Assembly (NCBI GenBank): GCA_965242865.1
Contig: CBDETK010000013.1
Span: 4,576,001 to 4,640,000 of the forward strand
Reading direction: 5' to 3'
DNA from: Candidatus Latescibacterota bacterium
GTDB taxonomy: Bacteria; Latescibacterota; UBA2968; UBA8231
Length of the DNA: 64,000 nt
Numbering within the stretch: position 1 is the stretch's first letter; each line of letters opens with the position of its first letter. Made by a program: the position numbers and the translations under genes. Positions 21,617-30,509 of the stretch are shown one piece after another. The notes beneath the pieces were generated by a model. That model had not been told where the DNA came from and ran no database searches. It saw only the letters and a list, made by a program, of their open reading frames with translations.

Positions 21617-22303
21617 ATGGCGTCGAAAATCGAATATAAAAGGTGGTTTCTGGTTGGGGTGCTAGTGGCTGTTGTGGCTGGCTGTGCGACCACGGGCGGC
21701 AGCGGAGGCGGTTATGGCATGCCCCCTATTGCCGAGGGCAAGGGGCGGCTCATATTGGAGACGGGCGGGGTCAACGAAGTAAACTACTATGTGCTCGACG
21801 AAGAAACCGGCGAGGAGGTTCACTCGGAATCGCCGCGCATGGCTGCGAGTTCACCCATAGGATACGAGACGGGTCATCGCTCTCTGCCGCAATTCGCCGA
21901 TCTAGACCCGGGCAGCTATCGGGTTGTGGTCAATACGGATATCGACGACAGCGTCGAGAAGGAAGTCGAAGTGCTGATGGGGCAGGAAATGTATGCGACC
22001 ATACCCATTGGCCGTTTTCAGATCATTTTTTCTGATGCCCAGGGCCGCAGTCAGGTGCCTTTCTTGATTTTTGACTACAATTTGCGGACGATGCTGGGCC
22101 GAGGCATGACCTCGACCGAGGTGCGCTACTTTATCGTGCCGGTGGGCGAGTACAAGGTGCGGATTGAAAATTCTCCCACTGGCGTGGACGAAATTAGGCC
22201 CGTGCAGGTGAGCATGGGACAGACCCAAAACATTATCATCGGACCGCCTCCCTCGCCGGCACAACCGGGCGAAGGCGGGAGCGAAGGGGCCGCACAGCCT
22301 TAG
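21617..22303 (+). CDS. Hypothetical lipoprotein
   Basis: AAGGAGG RBS; lipobox VAGC; beta-rich. Confidence 0.75.
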   Translation: MASKIEYKRWFLVGVLVAVVAGCATTGGSGGGYGMPPIAEGKGRLILETGGVNEVNYYVLDEETGEEVHSESPRMAASSPIGYETGHRSLPQFADLDPGSYRVVVNTDIDDSVEKEVEVLMGQEMYATIPIGRFQIIFSDAQGRSQVPFLIFDYNLRTMLGRGMTSTEVRYFIVPVGEYKVRIENSPTGVDEIRPVQVSMGQTQNIIIGPPPSPAQPGEGGSEGAAQP

Positions 22304-22323
22304 GCTTAGCGCGGAGCAATGCC

Positions 22324-23229
22324 ATGCAGCACAAAGGACTATGGGGTGGAGTGGTACTCTTGGCCGCGCTATGGGTATCGGCCAGTGGAGCGGCTACTTC
22401 TTCCCTCAAGGCGACCATTATCGATCGCTACGGAAACCAGCACCAAGTCAATCAGTTCACCTTTCAAGGGCGTCAGGATTTGGAAATTTACATCCAAGGC
22501 CAGCGTCGGCTGGTGGAACTGGTCAGGGTTGCTAGGTTGCGCTTTGAAGGGGAGCGCAGCGACGAGGAGCAGCGCGTCGTGCTCGTCTTTCGGACCGGCG
22601 GCCAAGAAGTGGGCTTGATGGTGACGGGCAGCTCTTCTTCGCCGCACCAAGACGCCGTTGGCGGCGGGAGCAGCGGGCGTCGCTTCGCTGGGGTGACGGA
22701 GCTAGGGCCGTTCTTTATTCTCGCCAGCGATGTGCAAGAGATTGTCTTGCGCCATCCCATCGGCGAGGAGCCACCGGCGGAAACTATCCTCAAGGCCACG
22801 GTCATCACGCTAAACGGCCGGCGCTTTGAGGTGGAAAACTTGCGCTTTCACGGCAAGCAGCGGCTCGACTTTTTCAAGGGCCGCAACAAACGCTTTATTC
22901 CGCTAGACAAAGTGGCGCGAATCGACTTTGAGGACGGCGGGATGGGCGACGAGTTTAGGCCGATAACGGCGACCTATTGGTCGGGAAAAACCGTTATGGG
23001 CACGGTCGAGGCGAGCCTCGTCCGCCTTTCGGGCGAGACGGACAAGAGCTATTTCGAGCGCGTCAACCAAGCCTTTACGGGAACCATAGGGTCGAGCCCG
23101 TTTGCGATTGGTATGCACGACATAAAGCATATTCGCTTTCGGCAAGATGAGGACGAAGAAAGCGAAGAAGGCGATGCTGACGCCCCTGCCGGCGAGAGCA
23201 CCGGCGACGGTGCTGGAGACGCTCAATAA
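22324..23229 (+). CDS. Hypothetical exported protein with an internal domain duplication and acidic tail
   Basis: Signal peptide; two similar halves, each starting LKAT. Confidence 0.7.
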   Translation: MQHKGLWGGVVLLAALWVSASGAATSSLKATIIDRYGNQHQVNQFTFQGRQDLEIYIQGQRRLVELVRVARLRFEGERSDEEQRVVLVFRTGGQEVGLMVTGSSSSPHQDAVGGGSSGRRFAGVTELGPFFILASDVQEIVLRHPIGEEPPAETILKATVITLNGRRFEVENLRFHGKQRLDFFKGRNKRFIPLDKVARIDFEDGGMGDEFRPITATYWSGKTVMGTVEASLVRLSGETDKSYFERVNQAFTGTIGSSPFAIGMHDIKHIRFRQDEDEESEEGDADAPAGESTGDGAGDAQ

Positions 23230-23243
23230 GTGCGCCTCGCTTA

Positions 23244-23271
23244 ACTCCCCATAATACCCCTTATCGGGAGT
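23244..23271 (+). repeat. dif/Xer-like 11-6-11 site 1 (left inverted repeat)
   Basis: ACTCCCCATAA TACCCC TTATCGGGAGT: palindromic arms, asymmetric 6-bp spacer. Confidence 0.75.
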
Positions 23272-23307
23272 ATGCCAACGGGCCAGTCGCTGCCAAATAC
23301 AAGATAC

Positions 23308-23336
23308 TTGCAGTACAGGGTAGGATGTTCTATATT
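23308..23336 (+). promoter_or_regulatory. Sigma70-type promoter between the inverted sites
   Basis: TTGCAG-17 nt-TATATT pointing at CDS 23543. Confidence 0.6.
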
Positions 23337-23506
23337 ACGCCCCAATAAAAGCCCTCTAAAGCGGCACCGATAGGTTGGGAAAGGTCGGATGTCGATAATT
23401 ATGGGCTTAATTTTTCTGAGGGGAAGGACCTATGGACGCAATAAGCGGTAGCTCACGCTACGACGCCGGTCGAGCTGAAAAGGTCGCTCTTTCCCAAAAC
23501 CACCAC

Positions 23507-23534
23507 ACTCCCCATAAGGGGTATTAGAAGGAGT
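23507..23534 (-). repeat. dif/Xer-like 11-6-11 site 2 (right inverted repeat, overlaps RBS)
   Basis: Plus strand reads ACTCCCCATAA GGGGTA TTAGAAGGAGT; spacer is the reverse complement of the site 1 spacer. Confidence 0.75.
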
Positions 23535-23542
23535 TTCAGCTT

Positions 23543-24439
23543 ATGAAACGGCTGTATGGCTTTATCGCTATGGGCCTGATAGTGGGCCTGACGAGCGGTG
23601 CTAATGCACATATTGGCGAACAGGTTTACCTGCTCTTTGAAATCGCCGAGGAGGATCTGGCTGACATTGATCTGCGCGATGCCAGCATAGCCGACTGGGA
23701 AGACGTGATTGGTGAGGCTGCGTTGACCACCACTGATTTCTTTCACGATCCGACTGTCGGCGACGGTGCTCAGTACGATCCGGCAGACCTAGACTACCGC
23801 ATCTGGCTGGGCTGGAACGGCAATCTCGGAACTATCTGGATGGGTATGGAGCGCATCGACAATGTGTACATCAACGAGTACGCTGGCGGTGACTTGGGTA
23901 GCTTGTGGAGGCAAGATGCTATTGAGTTCATGCTCGATGGCGACCACACCGGCGGAGATTATACTGGTTCGGCAGACGAGAACTGGACCGACGAAGAGAA
24001 AGACCTGAACAACAACCGCACGGCTCAGCAGTACGTGGCTATCGGCGATACTCCTGACGGCCGCCATGTCGGCTATTTGGGCAAAGGCACCGAGTGGGTC
24101 AACGCGCTGCCCTATGCCGATGGCGGTGGGGGTTCGGTAGGGGACGGACCGACTACTACGATCATTGAGTTTTTCGTCACGCCTTTCGACGATCTGATCT
24201 GGAATAGTCCCGACGACAGCGTCCCGTCGCCTCTCTTCGACGGCAAGATCATTGGGTTCCAGATTTCGGCTCAGGACATGGATACGGGTCCGTCCGAATA
24301 CCGCGCTTTTCACACCTTGTCTGGTCAGGCCGCGACTTGGCGCTATGCCGAGCGCTTTGTCGATGGTCGCTTGGTCGGCGCCGGTGAAACGTCGGTCGAA
24401 GAAGAGTCTTGGGGCCGCATCAAAGCCGCATTTGAGTAG
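23543..24439 (+). CDS. Exported CBM9/DOMON-like protein with WGxxK tail
   Basis: Signal peptide; LGWN, QDAIEFMLDGDHTGG, KIIGFQI; ends SVEEESWGRIKAAFE. Confidence 0.75.
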   Translation: MKRLYGFIAMGLIVGLTSGANAHIGEQVYLLFEIAEEDLADIDLRDASIADWEDVIGEAALTTTDFFHDPTVGDGAQYDPADLDYRIWLGWNGNLGTIWMGMERIDNVYINEYAGGDLGSLWRQDAIEFMLDGDHTGGDYTGSADENWTDEEKDLNNNRTAQQYVAIGDTPDGRHVGYLGKGTEWVNALPYADGGGGSVGDGPTTTIIEFFVTPFDDLIWNSPDDSVPSPLFDGKIIGFQISAQDMDTGPSEYRAFHTLSGQAATWRYAERFVDGRLVGAGETSVEEESWGRIKAAFE

Positions 24440-24462
24440 TAGTAGCGTCCTGCTGTTTTCCT

Positions 24463-24505
24463 AATTTTAAGGAGAGGGGGAATGCTTCCTCCTCTCCTTA
24501 AAATT
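24463..24505 (+). terminator. Strong intergenic stem-loop (terminator or mRNA stabiliser)
   Basis: AATTTTAAGGAGAGG...CCTCTCCTTAAAATT, perfect 15-bp stem. Confidence 0.7.
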
Positions 24506-24613
24506 ATCTTGTGGCTATCGCATAACGTAGATAGCTACCTTCCTCGCGTCATAATACCTCGCTCCTGTTTGCCCATGCTGAGATCCGGGCAAATTCTACC
24601 GGGGAGTAACGGA

Positions 24614-27085
24614 ATGAGAGTTGGGATTTGTGTCGCCGTGCTGATTTTGGCAGGTGGGGCAGTAAATGCTGCAGAGTTGCGTCTATTTGCCATTCCGGGC
24701 AACACAACTTGGGCCGACGCCAAACAGGGGCCACTTTCAAAGAATCGCTTCATTGAAGTAATAGACTTTGAAAGCTATGAAAATGGCATTGGGCCTATCG
24801 CGCCCCTGCGCGTAGTGCCCGTTCCCGAAATCCCTCTCGCCGCCGAAGTGGATGCGGCGACCGATTCCAGCCTCTTTGCTTTCTCGCTCAATGTAACCAG
24901 AGCCGATGTAGTAGCACCGACCGATATCGAACTCGAAGATGGCGAGATCGTGGAGGCGGGCACGGTCTTGATTACTCGCTGGAGTCCCTTTCCGCGAAGC
25001 CTAGAAGATGTCCAGCTATTGCGCCAGGCTGGCATTACCGAGATTGAGGCCATGATCAATGTGGCCGAATCCTTTCCTCGCCCTCCCGGCGGCGACAAGT
25101 ACAACAAGGGGCTCAACCTCACAACGCTCGGCATTTTTGAAAGGGCTTTGACTGACCAGCGACTCCAAGAGGGCTTGGGGCGCGTTTTCGATGGCGATCC
25201 ACGCACCCATTTCGAGCGCATTGACCGAGTTGGGCAGGACGTCAAGCAGATATGGATCCTCTATATCGACTTAGGACGCTACTTTCCAATTCGCTTGTTC
25301 CGCCTCTATCCCAGTCTCGAAGAACCCGCACGTGTTTCCGCTTATACCTTCCATAGGGGGCTGCCTGGGACTGAGAAGATAATCGCTGGTCTTAGTCTCG
25401 ACGATCCGAGCATTGGGCAGTTGGCATTCCCTAGATTTACTAGCATCGCTCCGACTTTTCCGACTTTCGTTCCCGAGACGAGCGTACCGGTCAATGTGGA
25501 AGACACCATTGCTGTGGCCTTTGATCCTCAGGCTTACATGCGCTACGCACGCTTCGATTTTCAGACTTCGCTGGATTACGACTTGGCTGAAATGGAGTTT
25601 TTCGCCGACGGGTTTGTGTCCGAAGCGGTCTATACTTCCAACGCTCTGCCGTTGCCCCCGGCCACCTTGGGGCGGATTTTCTGGGACGAGAGGAAAATTG
25701 GCGATCCTAATAGGTCGCGTGCTATCGTGCGCGTCCAGACTGGCGTCAATCCCGAGCCGGATGTGCTTTTTCGCGTCAATGACTTTGAGCGCGAAGTGGA
25801 GTGGCGCGCAGAGGGGGCAACTATTATTGACCGGAGGCTCGGTTCATTGACCGAGGGCCAAGAAGTGGACCTTAACGATGAAAATTTCAATCTAGAAGCT
25901 CGCGAGATCTTCAGTGCCGCTCTGCCCGAGGACCGAGCGCGAGTCCGCCTGACCCGCGAGGAATACAAGGTCCTGCCGGGCAATGTACGGCGCCACGTCG
26001 AACCCGATCTCGAGTTTTGGAGTGGCGTCCAGCTAGCCAACAATGGCGAGTTGATCAATGCACCGGGTGGGCGGCCCTTCATTCAGATAGAGGTTGAGTT
26101 TCTGAGCAACGAACCCGAGTCGGCCACGATTATTAGCAACTTGCGCTTTGAATACTCTGCCCCACAGATAACGGATCAGGTCGGCGGCGAGATCGCTCCG
26201 GCCGTGGATGTGATTGCTGGGCGCGACACCTCCTTTGTATTGGTCCTCAACGCTGAGATAGGGGCCGAGAACAATGGTTTCAATCGCTTGCAGGTTTTTA
26301 CTCCGGCGCGCACGGAGGCCATTGAGGGAGTAGAAGTGGATCTAGGCGATGGGCAAATTTTGGACTTGGAACGAGTGGATGGAGAGGGTGCGATCGGCGA
26401 AGGTCAGTTTCGGGAATTGTACATCGCCGACGATCAGTTCGTCGTTGGCTTTCCAACCATCGGCCCAGCCGAGGATGGCCAAGTCCGCAACGCATTGGTA
26501 AAGGTCCGCTTTCAGGGCCGGGTCATTGACTTCCGCACCAACTTCGCTGCCAATGTTTTCTTAGACACCTTAGGTGCAGAAGCAGAGCGCCGCTTTACTA
26601 ATAGCGGCATTTTGGCGTTAGGAGGCAGCGAGACTGCGCTCGATACGCTGGCCCTTTTCTTGCCGCAGCGGGTGACGGACAACGACGTGGTGGATTTCGC
26701 CGCGACGGACCAGCTCTCAGATCGCAATTCCCTAGCGGTGATCGCCGATATTTCAGCGCAAAGCGAGAATCTCGTGACCAATTTCAGGGTCGCGCCCAAT
26801 CCGTTTACGCCCAATGGCGACGACGTCAACGACGAAATAGTCGCAGCTTTTGATATACAGCGGCTGCTAACGCCACGGGCAGTGCATCTAGAGATATTTG
26901 CTTTGAATGGTAGGCGACTGCGCTTTATTGAGCGCCATCTGTCGTCGGGGGGGTATTCTCAACCGTGGGATGGCCGCGACGATGCTGGCCGGGTAGTGCC
27001 TCCGGGCCTATACATGTTGCGCATTTTGACCGCAGCCGATCATGCTGGCGAGCCCCAGACGCGCATCGTTTCCGTAGCGTACTAA
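24614..27085 (+). CDS. Large exported protein with C-terminal FlgD-Ig/CHU_C-like domain
   Basis: Start moved to MRVGIC (GGGGAG RBS); PNPFTPNGDDVND...WDGRDDAGRVVPPGLY...VAY. Confidence 0.8.
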   Translation: MRVGICVAVLILAGGAVNAAELRLFAIPGNTTWADAKQGPLSKNRFIEVIDFESYENGIGPIAPLRVVPVPEIPLAAEVDAATDSSLFAFSLNVTRADVVAPTDIELEDGEIVEAGTVLITRWSPFPRSLEDVQLLRQAGITEIEAMINVAESFPRPPGGDKYNKGLNLTTLGIFERALTDQRLQEGLGRVFDGDPRTHFERIDRVGQDVKQIWILYIDLGRYFPIRLFRLYPSLEEPARVSAYTFHRGLPGTEKIIAGLSLDDPSIGQLAFPRFTSIAPTFPTFVPETSVPVNVEDTIAVAFDPQAYMRYARFDFQTSLDYDLAEMEFFADGFVSEAVYTSNALPLPPATLGRIFWDERKIGDPNRSRAIVRVQTGVNPEPDVLFRVNDFEREVEWRAEGATIIDRRLGSLTEGQEVDLNDENFNLEAREIFSAALPEDRARVRLTREEYKVLPGNVRRHVEPDLEFWSGVQLANNGELINAPGGRPFIQIEVEFLSNEPESATIISNLRFEYSAPQITDQVGGEIAPAVDVIAGRDTSFVLVLNAEIGAENNGFNRLQVFTPARTEAIEGVEVDLGDGQILDLERVDGEGAIGEGQFRELYIADDQFVVGFPTIGPAEDGQVRNALVKVRFQGRVIDFRTNFAANVFLDTLGAEAERRFTNSGILALGGSETALDTLALFLPQRVTDNDVVDFAATDQLSDRNSLAVIADISAQSENLVTNFRVAPNPFTPNGDDVNDEIVAAFDIQRLLTPRAVHLEIFALNGRRLRFIERHLSSGGYSQPWDGRDDAGRVVPPGLYMLRILTAADHAGEPQTRIVSVAY

Positions 27086-27119
27086 CCTTAGCTGAAGCGC
27101 AAAAAAGAAAGGAAATGCT

Positions 27120-30100
27120 ATGAAACGACTGCTAAAACGGCCGGCGGCTCTCTTCGCCGTACTAGCCGTATTTATGCCCAATTTCTGTCTGGCCCAAACA
27201 AATGCCTACAGGCTTTTCGGCAACTCGATTCGCGTAGATCGAGCCTCACACTGGGAAAACTGGCACTATCAGAATGATCTGGTTGCGAATTTGAATGTGC
27301 CAATCCGCGATGCGGATATCTTCCAAGTTGAGGCCGACGGTCTGCGGCCGACGTTTTTTCGCCGCAATATCAACGTGGCTCCGACGGCTGTCGATTTCAC
27401 CTATCCTGATTTGGTCCGCGCTAATGGCGATCTAGTCTCTGGAGGGGTGACCGCCAAATCCAACGACGCCTTGGCTAACAATGTTATAGATGGCGATTTG
27501 AGCACCTTCTGGGAGCCGGACACCCCGGTCAGTTTTGCGAGGCGGCTGACTCGTCCTAGGGATTTCAATCTCGATGGTCTGCGCAACTGGGAAATTGAAA
27601 TCGATCTGGGACGATTGGTTTTTGCCGACAGCCTGACGATCATCTTTCCCGCTGGTCAGTTTGAGGGCGAATTTCTCGGCGAGCCGATTAAGTCCTTTGC
27701 GCTTTTCGCCTCAATGGGTGAGCGTTTCCCCTTTCCTTTGGGCAATAACCTCAAGTTTTCCCTCATAGGGCGAGTATCGACTGGCTTCGTCGCTGGCAAG
27801 TTAGCCCAATGTGTGCGCGACGAAAGCTCGGGCTACGCCGGCGAGACGCGCTGTGAAGGTGGGGGAGGGGGTGAGAGTGGCGAAGTGACGCTGGTTCCGA
27901 TGCCTGGCACCGAGGGGCGCTATGTGCAGATGACCTTTCCGCTCTGGCCGCTTGATCGAGCCGATTGGGACTTGAATGGCTTACCCGACATCAACGGAGC
28001 CTTCATCCAATACGTTCGCGTCAAGGCCACGGGTTCAGATCTCTGGCGCGATTCCTTTTTAGGTGCCGGCGAAGAGGCTCGCCTTGCTTATGAAGCACTG
28101 CCCCAAGAGCAGCGCGGTGCGATTGTCTATCAGCGTCAAACTGCTGGTGGCCTACTCGTCGAGCTCCAAAGCGACGACGACCTGACGGCCGAAGAAAAGT
28201 ATCAAAATTTGCTCGTGGAAAAGCGCGGCTCGATTCTCTACTACAGCAAAGAGGTCCCGCGTATCGCCGAGGTCCAAGTTTGGGCTAAGGGCGACAACTA
28301 CGCGCTACAGCCCGAAAGACGCGGTGGGGCTTCGTTTGAAAACGGCGGCTTGGGTGCCCCCAATTTGGCTACGGATGGGCTGTACGACTCGGAGTGGGTG
28401 GCCAATACGTGGTCGCCGGTGTACCTCAAGGGCACGGCTTGGTACGACTTAGGGGCCGTGTTTTGGGTCGATAATGTCTCGGTGGTCAACAAGCGCATCA
28501 ACCAGAGCCACCAAGGAGCCTTCTTAGGGCCGGATATCTTGGTGTCCGATGGCACTCTGCTCAAACCCGTGAGCATGAACGACCGCGACGACTTCCCCCA
28601 GCTTGAGGAAGCGCTCAAGTGGGACAACATCATCAGTGAGGAACACGTCGATAATCACACGCCAGTAGTGCGCATTTTCCGCGAGACTTTTCTCAGGCGC
28701 AAGATCCGCTTCTTGCAAATCCGCGACATCGACATCACCGGGCATCAATCCGGTCGCTATGGATCGCTGGCGACCTTGGGCGAGATCCAACTCTATGGCG
28801 AAGGCTATCCGGTGAGTGTGTGGGCGTATTCTCCGCCGATTACGCAGACCGATTCGCGCGGCAATTTCATCCGCAAGACTCTGCCGCGCATCGCTTGGGA
28901 AGGCGATGTCATCGTCCGCGACACCGACCCGAGCACCGGCCAAGCGATAGAACGAATCGAGCCGTTGAATCTTCACCCGGATGTCCGCTTGCAGATACAG
29001 ACTCGCACCTCGGATCAGACCGACACCAACTTCACGTACTATCAGGTCGTCACAGTCGCCGGCAGCGAAGAGCGCGAGGAAGTGTCAAAAGAGGTTTACG
29101 ACGAGATTGCCTTGGAGTGGACGGCATGGGAGATTTGGCAGACCCTGCCCTCGAGCCAGAGACACGCCTCGCGCAAGGACGACGATGGCGACGGGGTCAC
29201 CGACGAAGATCCGATTGACCTCATCGACAACGATGGCGATGGCCTCGTGGACGAAGATGGCAAGAAGCTACGCCGCGCACCGCGGTCGAGCTTTGACAAG
29301 GATGGCGAGTTGGCCTTCGTCGGCTGGAGCGAGTGGAGCGAAAGCTATCTACCCACCAATGGAGTCAACGAAGCGACGATCACCTCGCCCAATCCGCGCA
29401 AGTTTCTCCAAGTGCGGGTCAATATCTCCTCAGAAGATCCCTTCAAGACGGCGCGCATCCGCAGTTTGCGCGTTGAGCTGGCCCCGCCGCTGGCCCTGGA
29501 ACTGGCTGGCGAGTTGGCGCTCCTCAGCGACGAGGGCGCGACGCGCATTCCGAGCGACTTAGGCGTCCAGGCCTCGGACTACACCCCGCCGCGCGATGTC
29601 GATCCGCTCGCGCCGCAGCAATTTGCTTACTTCATCCGTGCCGCCACGCCCGACCCGACTGACTCGACCGTGCGCGATGGCTTTGACGAGGTGCTGGTCG
29701 TCGCGCCGCGTGACGTGCGCTTGACCGGGGTGCGCTTGGGACAGGTCGCCATCTCCCAGACGTCCTCGTTCCTCAACCCGGAAGAAGTGGTGACCTCGGC
29801 GACGACCACGGAGTTTCACCGCGCCTTTGCCCCGGGCGACGACGGAGTCTTCCGCGCCGAGGACGGCTTGGTGCTGGACCGGATGGCGACCGGTGCGGAC
29901 TCGATTTGGGTGCGCTTTCCCTTTTCGCTCAATGCCGATTTGCCGACAGGCCAGCACACCCTCATTGAGGTGCAGTTTGAGTCGCAGAGCTTTCGCGAGG
30001 GCATTGAGTTCACCTCGTTCGTGCGGTCCTCAGACTCGGACGAGGGCGTATTTCAACGGGTTGACACCGCCGATAAGGATGCGACCGAGTTGGTGGATTC

Positions 30101-30461
30101 TTCGACAGCGCGGGTCAGCCTGATGGACTTGCCGGGGTCATTGATCCAAGATGTGGGCATGGCGTCGGTCTTTACGCCCAATGGCGACGGAGTCAACGAC
30201 CAACTCTTGGTGCATTTCGTCTTATTGAAGGTACAGGAGGAACGGCCATTAGAAGTCGCGTTTTACGATTTGGGCGGGCGTTTGGTGGGCCAAGGGCAGA
30301 GCGCGGCGACCGGCGGCAAGGTCGGGATGCAGGCATTCGTCTGGGACGGGCGAGATATGGGTGGACAGGTCGTACCGCCGGGGCTCTACCTCTGTCAGAT
30401 CAAGGTGGAGGCCGACGACCGGGACAGCGAGTTGACGCGGCTGGTACACGTGGCCTATTGA
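27120..30461 (+). CDS. Large exported protein with discoidin-like motifs, Asp-rich repeats and FlgD-Ig/CHU_C-like tail
   Basis: IDGDLSTFW, IDLG; DDDGDGVTDED / DNDGDGLVDED; VFTPNGDGVND...WDGRD...PPGLY. Confidence 0.8.
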   Translation: MKRLLKRPAALFAVLAVFMPNFCLAQTNAYRLFGNSIRVDRASHWENWHYQNDLVANLNVPIRDADIFQVEADGLRPTFFRRNINVAPTAVDFTYPDLVRANGDLVSGGVTAKSNDALANNVIDGDLSTFWEPDTPVSFARRLTRPRDFNLDGLRNWEIEIDLGRLVFADSLTIIFPAGQFEGEFLGEPIKSFALFASMGERFPFPLGNNLKFSLIGRVSTGFVAGKLAQCVRDESSGYAGETRCEGGGGGESGEVTLVPMPGTEGRYVQMTFPLWPLDRADWDLNGLPDINGAFIQYVRVKATGSDLWRDSFLGAGEEARLAYEALPQEQRGAIVYQRQTAGGLLVELQSDDDLTAEEKYQNLLVEKRGSILYYSKEVPRIAEVQVWAKGDNYALQPERRGGASFENGGLGAPNLATDGLYDSEWVANTWSPVYLKGTAWYDLGAVFWVDNVSVVNKRINQSHQGAFLGPDILVSDGTLLKPVSMNDRDDFPQLEEALKWDNIISEEHVDNHTPVVRIFRETFLRRKIRFLQIRDIDITGHQSGRYGSLATLGEIQLYGEGYPVSVWAYSPPITQTDSRGNFIRKTLPRIAWEGDVIVRDTDPSTGQAIERIEPLNLHPDVRLQIQTRTSDQTDTNFTYYQVVTVAGSEEREEVSKEVYDEIALEWTAWEIWQTLPSSQRHASRKDDDGDGVTDEDPIDLIDNDGDGLVDEDGKKLRRAPRSSFDKDGELAFVGWSEWSESYLPTNGVNEATITSPNPRKFLQVRVNISSEDPFKTARIRSLRVELAPPLALELAGELALLSDEGATRIPSDLGVQASDYTPPRDVDPLAPQQFAYFIRAATPDPTDSTVRDGFDEVLVVAPRDVRLTGVRLGQVAISQTSSFLNPEEVVTSATTTEFHRAFAPGDDGVFRAEDGLVLDRMATGADSIWVRFPFSLNADLPTGQHTLIEVQFESQSFREGIEFTSFVRSSDSDEGVFQRVDTADKDATELVDSSTARVSLMDLPGSLIQDVGMASVFTPNGDGVNDQLLVHFVLLKVQEERPLEVAFYDLGGRLVGQGQSAATGGKVGMQAFVWDGRDMGGQVVPPGLYLCQIKVEADDRDSELTRLVHVAY

Positions 30462-30509
30462 TACCGGCAGGAGTTCGGACCGGAATTTCGACAACAAGGG
30501 AGGGTCTTT

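Noticed and set aside
23244-23271. Chromosomal dif site
   Set aside because: Lacks the conserved XerD arm TTATGTTAAAT, occurs as an inverted pair, and lies near parA, which is usually origin-proximal.
24482-24613. N-terminal extension of the 867-aa ORF
   Set aside because: The ATG lies in the hairpin loop; the RBS and signal peptide favour a start at 24614.
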